A stretch of DNA of 64,000 nucleotides from Hypanus sabinus (lineage: Eukaryota), in contig NC_082722.1 in the NCBI RefSeq assembly GCF_030144855.1, forward strand, positions 38,254,001-38,318,000, read 5' to 3'. The notes below the pieces were generated by a model. The model did not search any database. It saw only the letters and a program-made list of their open reading frames with translations, and was not told where the DNA came from. A program made the translations under genes and the position numbers. Positions 23,830-36,397 of this stretch are shown in pieces. Positions within the stretch are counted from its first letter, which is position 1. Each line of letters begins with the position of its first letter.

Positions 23830-25646
23830 GATCCCATTAAACTTTGCAAATAATTTTGACAAATTAGCAATGTCATGCATAATAGTCTTCAGCTGATTAC
23901 TGAATGAGGTATTCAAGACTTCGAAGAATTTTATCAGTTTCCAAAAGTGCATAAAAGCATCCCAGGCAGTATCTGTTTGAAAGCTACCTGGCTACTGAGT
24001 GCAACAGCAAGCTTTCAAAGCATTCATCCTTCTTGATACAAAGCACTTGAAATAGTCAAGAATTGAGAGCATGGAACTTGATGTTATTTACTGCTGTGAT
24101 AACAGTATTTAATGATTTGTGCAACCACTCACTTACGTGTAGGTTTTTTGCAAAAAGCGGTCATCTGAGAATTACACAGTGAATGACCAATATGTTAGGT
24201 ACAGTTTGTTTCAAGAAACTCATAACCTCACAGTGGGATCCGGTTCTTGATGGTGCCCCATCTGTTACACAAGCAAGTATAGTGGTGAGCAGAATGCCCT
24301 TCTCTTTGAGAAATTGCTCAACAACCCAAAATATTGTCTCCATCTTTAAACCTGTTTCTAGTTCCTTTGCAACTAACAATTCTTGAACCATGCTTTCATC
24401 TTTCATGAATGAATATAACCAAGAAGCAAAGATACATTGCCTGGCAAAATTGACTTGTCCAACTGCAGAGCAGATTCTGTTGTCCTTCCTATATTGTACA
24501 ATGTATCCTTCACATTCTCATGCATTTCATCTATTCGTCTTTGACTAAAGTTGTTGCTAAGCAGAATCACTTTATTTATTTGGTCTGGTGACTTATGCAA
24601 ATTCATACTCAGAACTTCCTTTGCTGCTGGCAGAATCAGTTTTTCTCCAATTGTATGGGGCTTTCCAGATTTAGCAATGAGCAATGAAATGATGTATGAA
24701 TCACTGTTTTGTTGTGACGTGCTGGCAAACATATTTTCAAGAGTTTTCCCTTTCTGAAGGTTTTCACAAAGTGACTGAAAATAAGCCAAGTTCTTGTTTG
24801 CTTTATCAGAGTGTATTTCTCTTCAAATGTTCAAGAAGCCTGAATAGTTTTATTTCCTCATCTGAAGAAACTTGTTCATACAACAGACACATTGGCTGCT
24901 GTTGGTTTCTTGGTGTAAGTCCATATTTCAGATACCCCTACTCCACTCTATACTGTCTACACTTCTTTTTTGTCTGGTCTGCTTCTGTCATTTTCATTAT
25001 GGATTAACGGCCACAATGAATCACCTATTGTTTAAGCCCGTCCTCAAGAGCTGGAGTCAATAAAGGGAGAAGCAATGACATCATCATAGCACAAGCAAAA
25101 CCTGACTCTCTCTGAGGGTACACAAAGTAGGGCAGCAATATCTCGTTTGGGCCATAGGCTAGAGAAATGTGGTCAAGAATATTCAAAATGGCAGAATCTG
25201 AGCTCTACACCATTGAATGCCACTCTGTATTTCACAGGAATTGTGTCACGGTGTGATTATGCGAATCATACTAGCTAGCACTGTACTACAGTAGTGAATG
25301 GCAATGATACATGGGCTGAGCCCAGAAGTCACTTGTTATCTTCAGTCCAGATTTCTCATGATATGCAAAATTCAGGAGTGTCACATTGCTTTTCAATAAC
25401 TATAATGTGCTTTGAGCAAAGTCTAAGAAAAGGACAGGTTAGCAAGAGATAAGGTGATTACGTGATCATTGTAATCAAATATGAGGCACTGAGGATAAAA
25501 TGCTTATAATAAGTAATTTATTTCTTAAATGAGCTGCCTCCTATACTATTGAGCAACCTCCCCAAATGCCCCCTTTATCTTTATCTTAGATACTCCCACC
25601 ACCCCGGGGCGGTGGGGTGCAATATCACCCACTTTGGGAACCGCTA
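23830..25646 (-). mobile_element. hAT Charlie/Buster-type transposon relic (ZBED5/SCAND3-like transposase, one end retained)
   Basis: Minus-strand KKKCRQY.VE.YLKYG (~24970), LIAKSGKPHTIGEKLILPA, LSNN..QRRIDEM, ALQLD.S, CVTDGAPS..G, HCVI; TIR TAGCGGTTCCCAAA ending at 25646 next to a Charlie-type target GTCTAAAC. Confidence 0.88.
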
Positions 25647-27566
25647 GTCTAAACCACAGAGCGAACAAATAACAAAGTGAAAAGCATGAATAACAGAGCC
25701 TAAAGCAGGCTGTTTTAAATTGCAACACAATAGGAACAATTGGGAAGCTTAAGGTGCCACTTATCTTTCAGCCAGAATAATTACAGAATGGAAATTAAAA
25801 GTTGCCAAAGGACTTTGCTAATAGAAACACAAAATAATGTCCAAAAAGAATAACATTTTCAGTCATTAGTGTCATAATGAAAGATTTACAAGTAAATAGC
25901 ATACAGCATTCTGCATGGCCATTTGATAAATATGTATTTTGTTTTACATGCAATCTAGTTCAAAGAGAGATGTGAAATTCTACGTTCAGAATAAGCTTGT
26001 GCTCAAAGCCTGCAATTGCATTGTAAAATTGACCTTGCCAAATTGAATGGGAAATGTTAATAAAGCAGAATATTATGATAAGTATTAGAAGTAAGTATGA
26101 CTAATAAGATGAGAAAAGCAAAAGAGAGTCTGGACAATGTGTACCATATGTTATGACTTCAACAAATGAAAGGTTTTCATTTCTGGGCTCTTACCTCTCC
26201 TCCCCCAGCCCTCTGTGGTTGGCCTATGACAGTTGGAAATCCTGTTCAAATCCTAAGTTATTGATTTCTATCCAGTTCTTTTATATGTGGTTGTATTCTG
26301 CAGAAAAAAATGCAAGTGCACAGCTCTGCCTGCCAGCAGCTTAAGTTCCCAGCATTCACAAAGAACAGATGGAAGAGTTAGCTTTTTGTTTTGCTAGGAA
26401 TTTAAAGGTGGCACAACAGACCACCTGTGTACTTTATAAACTTCCATGTTAAGTTTCAAAAAAAGTCGATATTGCACTTGTACCTGTGCCAAAATTGTAG
26501 TTGTTAGCAACGGCCATCAGTAAAAGGCTCTTCCGCCAAGAATCGCAGCACCAAGCGTTGAATTCTGATAAAATTAACCCATAATTGGTGCTCGCGGATG
26601 TGTAAGATTGTTCTAACGTCAAAACTAAACTATAGCCAAGATGTGAGAAATATTGCTAAGGCACCATGGCAGAAGCCTTTGTACGTATGTCAAACCTAAT
26701 TTGGGAACGTTTAACATTGTCCTGATGGTGAAAAGCAAAAAAGAAAGTTTTCACTGGTGCCATTAATTCAGAGCATTCAACTATTAAATTTTAATGAATT
26801 CAGTCTTAAGTCCCTACCCAAATCAGACTCAGTTCTAGCATTATAAATGAAAAATTTGAAGCCTGCCTATTTCTCCTTGTGTCTCATCGCAATAAAATCA
26901 GGTAAAGAATAAACAGTAATCAGTACAATTTGCTTATCAGGACTTTAAACAATTTAGCTAATGGTGGGGCTGGAGGTGATCCTCAGGGCTTTGGTCATTC
27001 TGAAAGGGAGTAATGGCAAGCAGCTGTCATTCTTCTGTTGAGCCAAGAAGAACAACCCCACATTTGCCATCTCAAAATTTTGCAGGTTTAAAGACAAGTA
27101 GCAGTCCTTACTGGGACAGACAATTTAGGAATATGACTCTGAAATAATTTCACAAGCCTCACTTTGGTCCTGAAATGATGCCAGTGCTGATTTCAGACAG
27201 TTGCCAGGATCACCTAAAAAATACTGCTAATCAACTGAGCAGTAGGTGTGGAACTCATTTGCCAAACACATGTTGGTCTCTGATTGTAAAATTAGTCATC
27301 ACTGTAAACATTTTTAGTTCACATCAGTTACAAGCACTGCTCTACTCTCTCTACAACCATAACTATGCGGCCAGGCATAGCTCAATTGCCTTCTATAAAT
27401 TTGCTGATGATACAGCCATTGTTGACAGTATATCAGATGATGATGAGAGGGTGCACAAGAGAGAGATATGCCAGTTCAGTGGTTGAGTGGTCTCACAGCA
27501 GCAACCTTGCACATCATCCCAAAGAGCTGATTGTGGACTTCAGGAAGGGTAAGATGAGGGAATATA

Positions 27567-28471
27567 CAGTTGGCCCTCCTTATCTGTGAGGGATTGGTTC
27601 CGTGACCCCTCGTGGATACCAAAAAACGCAGATGCTCAAGTCCCTTATTCAACCTGTGTCAATGCGGTGGACCTTAGGACCCAGTGGAACCCCAGACCTT
27701 ATTTAACCTGTCTCAGTGCGGTGGACTTTAGGACCCGGCGGACGAGCTCTGAATCCGCAGTGTTTCTGTTCATGAAAATAATCACGATCACGATTGAAAA
27801 CAAAGTGGAAATAATAAAGCGATCGGAAAGAGATGAAATGCCATCGGTCATTGGAAAAGCGTTAGGCTACAGTCGGTCAACAATCAGAACAATTTTAAAG
27901 GATAAAGTGAGAAAGGCCCTGCCCCGATGAAAGCTACAATTATTACTATGCAACGCAGTGGTTTAATTATTGGGTTTTAGGGTTTTGGGTTTTTGGTCCT
28001 CCACATCAACCTGGCCCGGAAGGAGAGTGGGCTCAGAAGTGGTCTGTCACTAGATTGAACTCAGGAACTTCCCAAGCCTGGCGCGGAATCATACGTTCTT
28101 AAGTGTTCTATATGCATAGAATGGTAAAATACATACTATATATTGACTAACTGACACTAAATAATACCGGATGTACCTGTTCCGACTTACATAGTAAGAG
28201 AACTTCCGATTTTTTTTCGATCCCGATCCACAGTAACCCNNNNNNNNNNNNNNNNNNNNNNNNNNNNNNNNNNNNNNNNNNNNNNNNNNNNNNNNNNNNN
28301 NNNNNNNNNNNNNNNNNNNNNNNNNNNNNNNNNNNNNNNNNNNNNNNNNNNNNNNNNNNNNNNNNNNNNNNNNNNCGAACAACAAGTGCTGGAAAAGCAC
28401 TTCCGGGTTTTCTTGATTCACGGTTGGTTGAACTTGTGCATGCAGAACTCGCGGATAAAGAGGGCCGACTG
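27567..28471 (+). mobile_element. Tigger/pogo-type non-autonomous DNA transposon
   Basis: TA|CAGTTGGCCCTCCTTATC ... GATAAAGAGGGCCGACTG TIRs; CENP-B-type HTH remnant ITIENKVEIIKRSER.E.PSVIGKALGYSRSTIRTILKDK; ~54-bp internal tandem duplication at 27643-27745. Confidence 0.88.
28240..28375. other. Assembly gap (136 N)
   Basis: Run of N. Confidence 0.99.
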
Positions 28472-29199
28472 TCCTTATGGAGGGATCGGATCAGAAGTGG
28501 AGAGAATAAGCAATTTCAAGCTCCTGGGTGTCAAGATGTCTGAAGACCTAACCTGGTCCCAACATATCAATGCAGCTATAAAAAAAAGGCAAGACAGCAG
28601 CTATATTTCATTTGGAGTTTGAGGAGATTTGGTGTGTTACCTAAGACACTCGCAATTTTCTACAGATGTACGATGGAGAGCATTCTAACTGGCTGCACCA
28701 CGTTCGGGTATTGGGGGAGAGGTGTTGGGGGTGTTACAGCACAGGATCGAAGTAAGCTGCAGAGTGATGTAAAATTAGTCAGCTCCATCATGGGCACTAG
28801 CCTCAGTAGTATCCAAGAAGTCTTCAAAGGCCGGTGTATCAAAACGGTCCATCATTACAGATGCCAACCACACAGGACATGCCCTCTTCTCATTGTTACC
28901 ATCAGGAAGGAAGTACAGAAACCTGAAGGCACACAGTAAATGATTCGAGAACAGCTTCTTCCTCTCTGCCATCCGATTCTGAATGGACATCGAACCCATG
29001 AATGCTACCTCACTACTTATTTTTATTTCTGTTTTTGCACTATTTATTTAACTATTTAATATACATATATTTACTTACTGTATGCTTTCTGTAATTCACA
29101 GTTTTGCCCATTGGTCCTGTATTACACTGAATTGCTTCCGTAATGTTAACAGATTTCACGACATATGCCGGAGATATTAAACCTGATTCTGATTCCTAT

Positions 29200-30043
29200 G
29201 CTCAGACAGCGCCAGCGAACAACACAACCAAGAACAACGTCCTCCAGACGGTTCATGAAACTACTTTTATTTCTTTTACATTTTCTTTTCCTTTCAAATG
29301 TGTTTCTGCTATTGTTGGAGCCTGTGATCTACCATTTTGGTTGTGGGTTATCAGGCTGATTGTGTGATCTGGAGCTTTGCTGTCTCCGAGGGTGTTCTGT
29401 GAGGCTTTGAGCAAAGTGGACAGCTTCAAGGCCAGGAAGTGATGGAGACAGGGCGCGAGCCCATGATCAACTTTGTTTCTCACTGATCTTGCTGACTAAG
29501 GCACCGAGGAAGATTGAAATCGTCGAGGTGCGTGCAGAAAGAGAGTGGGTGTTCAGCACTGCCTACCAGACTCTCACATGCTGCTCCCGAAAGATGGTCT
29601 CTGTGTTCAAGTGGTCTCTTGCTCTCTCTTGATACTGTTGGAGGATGGTGCTGGAGTTCTGGGTCTCGGACAAGGTTTAATCAAAGCGGTTTGAGGATCG
29701 GACTCTATATTTTGTATTATGATGTGTTTCTGGCTTCTGGTCATTCCTTTTTTTGTTGCTATTTTGAGCAACATTGAATGGGGGTGGCCTGTAGATAACG
29801 AATACTGGGCTGAGCTGAACTGAATATGCCCAGGCTCTTCTCAATTTTGTTTTCTATATTCTATGTTTCTTGCTCATTTTGTTTTTGTTGCTATTTGTGC
29901 AATTTGTTTTCTTTTTGCACGTGGGAGAGGGTGATGTTGTCCTTTGAACGGGTTCTTTGTTTTGTGTCTGTCTGTGGGGAAGGCAAATCCCAAGGTTGTA
30001 TATTGCATACACACATTGATAATTAATGTACTTTGAACCTTTG
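29200..30043 (+). mobile_element. Non-autonomous non-LTR element with CTTTGAA-type tail
   Basis: GC-richer non-coding body ending AAATCCCAAGGTTGTATATTG...GATAATTAATGTACTTTGAACCTTTG; 3' end shared with 7090-7612. Confidence 0.55.
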
Positions 30044-31794
30044 CCATATTGCCAGTCAGTAGTTCTTTCTAAACAATGTAGGAGAAGAACTGTTACCGTG
30101 AAAATGCCTCATCTTTTCTCTGCTTTTCCTTCATGGGTGCTACCCTGCTACTTCCTAAGAAAGGTCAGGTGCTGAATTTACATATACCTGTTACAATAAC
30201 TCAACGCAGTGGCCAAGCTATTATCTAATCAGCACATGGACACCAAACAAATCACAAAAAACAGTTTATTTACTGACAATCTCACCTGTTATTAATCTAT
30301 TACCTATTAGTTAATGTTCAGCATAAAACAATCCTTTTATCATCAGAGAAGTTGCCCTAGTAATCTGATTTTTAATATGAAGAGCAAAGTTAGATGGAAT
30401 GAAAATGGATATAAAGCCAGGAAGCAAAGTAATGCAAATTTGGCATCAATGAAAGCTCAAAAATGTTAACACTTAATTCTTTGATTATTATAATTGTAAC
30501 GGTTGAGCAAAAAACAAATATTTAAAATAGTCCAAAAGCTGTGGTATATATTTTAAATGAATTGAATAATTAATCCTGCCATAAATGATAGCATAATTTC
30601 AGAGGACAGATTGTGGTAACTCTCTGGTGGGTTAATAATCATTGAGGACTGTATTGGCAGTTTCGGCTTTACTGGGTCATAGGTGGTTGCGATCAAAAAG
30701 CGTGGAAAAAGTTCTCATTATACTTTCCAGACATTATTCGGGCATTTTTATTCTTGTATCCTATTAAATACCGTAAGTGCTTTTTGATAATTGTGCTTTG
30801 TAGTTTTACAGCACTTCAGTCTATTCCCAGTACAATTTCCTCTCTTATCGGTTGTTTGAAATATTGATTCCTGACAGATGAAAGCAAACAATATAATCTC
30901 ACATGCACACTATAAGAGAGTATGCTGAGGTAAAGCAATGCATCTGGGAATGGTCATATTTGAAATGTTTTTGTTTTATTACATTTCGTCAACACAATTT
31001 ACATAATGCAGCTGTTATTTATGTAAAGAGTCAGACTACTGACAGCTAGCTGATATTACCTATTGCTGATATGCTTTTGCATTTAGTAAGATAAAAGAAG
31101 AAACCCCCAAATGATTACAGAAATTGCAACAGCTTAAACCTCTGTCAGCTGACTTCAGGCAACTGTGATTTATCTTCTTGAGCTAGTAAAGCTTGCTGTC
31201 AGTTAACCTTATCAGTACCAACCACAAGATAGGAATCTTCAATGCTGTGTACCCAGAGAAATCAGATGCAGTTTGGAAAGTATCAAATTACCTGTTTGAC
31301 ACATGCAACAGCACGTCCAGCAAAAAGGAGAGGATATGAAGAGGAATTTAAATCAGATTTGTTCTACTGGTGGAGCTAGTAAGACCAACATGAGTCTTAC
31401 CTTCTGTTTAACAGAAAAGGAAATTCATACTGCTTGGAGTGAATCCCCTTCTACAGTTGTGTTGAAAATGGGACCCTAGGCATTAGAAAAGGTAAATTAA
31501 TGTGAGGAACTGAATTCCACTCTTCAGATGGATGTTGGATTACAAGTTGATAACTAACTCAACAAGCAATGTAGAGATGATTACTTCTGTTCAATTTGAG
31601 GCATTTTCTTTTTCCAGCTTCCTCTCTCACAGCAACACTGATTTTACGTTTTATCACTCAGATTCTGATCAACAATTTACATCAAAGCCTCTTTCGGCAG
31701 CAATTTATGTATGTAGAGTTGTTAGAAGATTCGGCATTGTTGTGAGCTCAATTAACTGAATTCTGAAAATTTTATGAGCATGCTAAAAGCTAAG

Positions 31795-32145
31795 TAGAAC
31801 CATAGAACATTACAGCACAGAAATGGGCCTTTTGGCCCTTCTTGGCTGTGCCAAACCATTTTTCTGCCTAGTCCCATTGACCTGCACCTGGACCATGTCC
31901 CTCCATACACCTCTCATCCATGTACCTGTCCAAGTTTTTCTTAAATGTTAAAAGTGAGCCCACATTTACCACTTCATCTGGCAGCTCATTCCACACTCCC
32001 ACCACTCTCTGTGTGGAGAAGCCCCCCCACTCCCCACGTTCCCTTTAAACTTTTCCCCCTTCACCCTTAGCCCATGTCCTCAGGTTTATTTTCTCCCCTA
32101 GCCTCAGTGGAAAAGACCTGCTTGCATTCCCTCTATCCATACCCT
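31795..32145 (-). mobile_element. CR1 LINE 3' end fragment
   Basis: Tail TAGAACCATAGAAC, CR1 3' UTR, and terminal ORF2 sequence (QRVVGVWNELP on the minus strand). Confidence 0.8.
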
Positions 32146-33426
32146 ATACCCTAAGTCTGCTAAGTACAGCAGATTCCAGTTAATTGGGACACAGCAGGAC
32201 CAGCACATTTTGGCCCAATTAAGTGGCTGCCCCAATTAGCCAAATCTTCATGGAAACAGTGCAAAAAAAAGTAAAAAAGATGAATTACTTGTTACACCTT
32301 TGCAACTACATATTAATTAAAATAAACACTTGCAGGCAGGAGATGGCTTTAACTGGTGTATTCACATTGCAGCGAGACAGACAGAGAGAAACAACAACAT
32401 GCATGCACAGACAACAATCCATACGGAGTACTAAGAGGAGTCATTGCTTTAAAAGAAATAGGTCCATACATTACACTTCATCGCCCTTTAGATTAATGTA
32501 GCATAAAACTGTATATGTAACAAAATTTAATTTCCCTTTCATAAACCATATTCCACTTCTGCTTGGTCACAGTATGAAGACTTCTCTTCTTCAGTTGTCA
32601 CTAGTGGAAGGCACATCAAGTCAATAGTATTGCTGTGTTGTTTGGTACCCTTGAACTCTATGCCATAGGAGTGGACTCCGAGGAACAGTGCCCAACGTTG
32701 TAACCGGGTAGCGGACACCACTGGAATTCCCTTCCTGGAATTGAAAATGGATACAAGGGACTGGTGATCTGTCACCAGTGTAAACTTTTGTCCATAGAGG
32801 AGTGGAACTTCTTTGTTTTTCAGACTGGACTAAGGGCCTCTCAGTTGATCTCTGCATAGTTCATCAGTGATCTTGAAGCAAATGCAACCAGGCATTCACA
32901 TCCATCTTTCATAGTGTGTGACAAAACGGCTGCATTGCCATAAGGGAAATGCATCACACACCAGTCTGATGGGCAGCGATGGGTTGTAATGGATGATCAG
33001 TTTATCGGATGCTATTAGTCTCTTTGTTTCCTTGAATGCTTTTTCACATATTTCTGACCATTCCCAATTTGCTCTGGTTTGTAACAGAGCATTCAGTGGA
33101 TGCACTGTAGCAATGTTTGGAAGAAACTGGTGGTAGTAGTTTACAAGGTCCAAGTATGACCTGAGTTGTGACAAATTTTCTGGTTTGGGTGCCTGTAATC
33201 TTCTCTTGTGACTTATGTAATCCATGCTTGTCAATGAAATGTCCACAGTATGAGATTTCGTTCTTGAAAAGCACACTTCTCTCTCTTTATGCACAGGCCA
33301 TACTCAGTAAGCCTGCTAAGTACTTTACCAAGGTTCTAGAGATGCTCTTCATGATTCTTCCCAGTCATAACAATGTCATCAATGTAACATTGTGTACCTA
33401 GGACATCTTGGAGCACCTGGTCTGTT

Positions 33427-33702
33427 TGTGGCGACCCACTTCCGAGCGCACTCGAACCGGCTCACAAATAGCCAGCGCACCGGCACAAAGGCCAGTCCCA
33501 AAAGGGCACCAGGTCTGCTTCACCAACAAAGGGAACAGCCTGCGGGGGATTGTGAGCATGTGCATCCGCGTCCGGGGAGGGCGGGATCAGGGAGGCTTCA
33601 AAGCAAGGCTGTGAAGTTCGAATAAAATCTTTCTTTAACTGCAGTTTACCGACTCCATGTCGTTATTTTAGCACTGCGTGTAGCACACCATTATATGTTA
33701 TA
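33427..33702 (+). mobile_element. Solo LTR inserted in the Gypsy RT
   Basis: Starts TGTGGCG, contains AATAAA, GC/CpG-rich; 4-bp TSD TGTT (33423-33426 / 33703-33706). Removing it restores in-frame PAIWQRATDQVLQDVLGTQCYIDDIV. Confidence 0.85.
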
Positions 33703-35274
33703 TGTTGCTCTTTGCCAAATTGCTGGAGTTGATGTGAGGACAAACAGTCCCTTGAGAGTATTGATTGCTAGGAATCTCCTGCTTGACTCCTCAAGCTTCA
33801 TTTGCAGGTAGGCTTGTGAGAATTCAATCTTCTGCCTGCTTGCCAAAGATGCCGAATGTCTTCTATTCGTGGCAGGGGACACTGCTCAGTACACTGCACC
33901 AGGCTGATGCTCACTTTGAAATCCCCACATATGCAAATGGCTCCGGCCCTCCCTTTCTTGATCACCGTGACAATGGACCTCCACTTTTCAATGTGTAAAA
34001 CTCTAACTACTATATTTGGTCTCCATACAACACATTCACTTTCAGTTTGCCTTTGGGAGACACTTTTTCACCTGTATAGGTCTTTAGCATCACTGAGGTC
34101 TTCTCTAATGGTAGCGTAGAAAATGATCCGTCATAGTTAGTCTCTGAAATTATCGACAAAGCGGACCCTGTACCTAGCTCCATTTTCAGTTTTACTCCAG
34201 CCTGTGATCCATATGATTTGGTGATATGCTTCAGTAATGCTAAGCAGTTCTAGGCATGACAGCTCACCTTTGTCAGACTCTGTGTTGTCTGATTCTGTTT
34301 CACATTTGGTCACTTTATGCTTTTGCTTAGGCTTGTGGGTGAGAATTTTCCCTCGGTTGTCTTCTTGGTCTGCCTTGCACATTCCCTCCAAGTGACCTTG
34401 TCTGTGACACTTACTGCAAACTTTTTCCTTAAACCAACAGTTATTTGTATTATTATAGGATTTGCCACAATGATAACATTTTTGGCTTTTTGCACCAATC
34501 AGGGATATTTTGTGGATTTCACCTTCCAACCTCCTTTTCCTTAGTTCTGCTGCAGTCTCTAATGATATTTCAATGGTCAATACCCATTCTAAGGTTAGGT
34601 CTGTTTCTGACATTAGCCTCTTCTAAGTGCTTTGACTATGCACGCCACATGCAAGTTTGTCCCTTAATGCATCAAAAGATCCCTCTCTAAAGTCACAGTA
34701 CTGGAAAAATTTGCACATTACTGCAATATTTTCAGTAGAAGTACTTTCATCCTTTGACTGGATTCCTTTTGTAAACTCTAAATTCTCAGCTATTACTAAT
34801 GGTTTAGGGCTCAAGTGAGTATGTAAAATTGTAACAATTTTGGCGAACATCTTGCTCATTGGCTTTGCAGGTTTACCAAGTTGTGTAAGAGACTGTACGT
34901 TCTTGCACCCATTAAGCTGGGGGAGGGGTTTTCTTTTGCTCAATCACATCTTTCACCTTACAATACAGTTCAACCCTTTCAATATACAGTACAACTCCCA
35001 GCCTTCATTAGCACTATCAAATTTATCAACTTCCCCGACTAAAGCCATCGCCATGTTATTTTCTTTTTAACTCAGCTAGTTGCATCTTTCATTGTATACG
35101 ATGCACTGCTATTTATGAGTCCCTTTGTCAGCATCTGTGCCGGCCTTCTTGGTACTGTTTAACTCTTCCCACTGGCTGTTTCATCCCATAACTGTTGGTG
35201 CAGTTGGAATTTTCTCTGGGATTCAGGTTTGTATCCATTGCCAATTTGTTGTGTCTTTGCATGACTACATATTT

Positions 35275-36290
35275 CCACATTTCCGAGGATCTTACCTGGT
35301 CCCTGAACTCCTCCATCCTGATCAAAAAGGCGCAATGGCGCCTTTATTTCCTGCTGACCATCAAGAAAGCTCACCTCTGTGCCAGGATATTGATGGACTT
35401 TTGCTGCTGTACCATTAAGAGCATACTCACCAACTGCATGTCAGTGTGGTATGGCAATTGTTCCATATCAAACCGCAAAGCGCTCCAGCGTGTGGTGAAA
35501 ACTACCCAGTGGATTATGGGTACCCAATTGCCCACCATTGAGACCATCTACATCATAGGTGTCAAACTCAAGGCCCACAGGCCATATCTGGCCCGGCGTA
35601 CAATTATATCCGGCCCGCGAGATCATTTTAGATAGATCTATTATTTTAATTATTAATGGCCCGGCAATATGAAGCCTATGATTGTAAGTTAATACCAATC
35701 ATAAAAATAATGCTTGCTCAGCAGTCTTCTTCATAAGAAACGGAATTTGTGAAGTGAAACGCTTTGTAGTTATAGCAGAGACTGAGACACATGAGAACAG
35801 GCTGAAAAAACGGAGACAATGAAAGCTGCGTTCGCACGCGCCCGACTGATCCGGCCCGCATGAAGCTGCATTTTGCCCAATCCGGCCCGTGACCTAAAAT
35901 GAGTTTGACACCCCTGATCTACATAAACGCTGCCTAGGCAGAGCAAAAAGCATTATCAAGGATGCGTCTCACCCTAACCATGGACCTTTTACTCTCCTCC
36001 CATCCAGTAGGTGCTGTAGGAGTCTCCCTCCTGCACCAGCAGGCACAGGAAGAGCTTCTTCCCTGAGACTGTGACTCTGCTGAACCTCACATCACAGCAC
36101 TAAGCACCCATATTGTACTGTCTCAGTAGTTTTATATTTATATTTTATATTTTATATTTAATAACTTTTTATTCGCAGTTATGTTGTAAATAACACTATT
36201 TGCATTTCTGGTTAGGTGCTAACTGCACTTAATTTGGCTTTGTATCTATACTCGGCACAATGACAATAAAGTTGAATCTAATCTACTCTA
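35275..36290 (+). mobile_element. Rex/Babar LINE 3' fragment inserted in the Gypsy 5' LTR
   Basis: HISEDLTWSLNSS.LIKKAQ.RLYFL...CTI.SILTNC..VWYGNC...ALQRVVK; HPNHGPFTLLPS; tail AATAAAGTTGAATCTAATCTA. Confidence 0.87.
35554..35916. mobile_element. 363-bp hAT MITE
   Basis: TIRs CATAGGTGTCAAACTCA / TGAGTTTGACACCCCTG; perfect 8-bp TSD ATCTACAT (35546-35553 / 35917-35924); repeated subterminal TCCGGCCCG motifs. Confidence 0.93.
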
Positions 36291-36352
36291 ATACAGGTAT
36301 TGCTAAAATAAAAGCATGCACATGGGAGATGGCTTTAACTGGTCTATTCACG

Positions 36353-36356
<4 letters not shown>

Positions 36357-36394
<38 letters not shown>
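36357..36394. repeat. (AG)19 microsatellite expanded inside the Gypsy 5' LTR
   Basis: Direct reading; the 3' LTR has only GAGACAGACAGAGAGA at the equivalent position. Confidence 0.95.

Positions 36395-36397
<3 letters not shown>

Larger units (their letters stand above)
27334..29195 (+). mobile_element. Rex/Babar LINE 3' fragment interrupted by a Tigger element
   Basis: LLYSLY.H...YKFADDT, KELIVDFRKGK; resumes at 28472 with NFKLLGV..SEDLTWS; tail AAACCTGATTCTGATTC. Confidence 0.87.

Noticed and set aside
27643-27745. ~54-bp tandem repeat resembling a repeat-spacer array
   Set aside because: Only two units, inside a Tigger element in eukaryotic DNA; not CRISPR.
28089-28421. 110-aa ORF
   Set aside because: Artefact of translating through the N gap.
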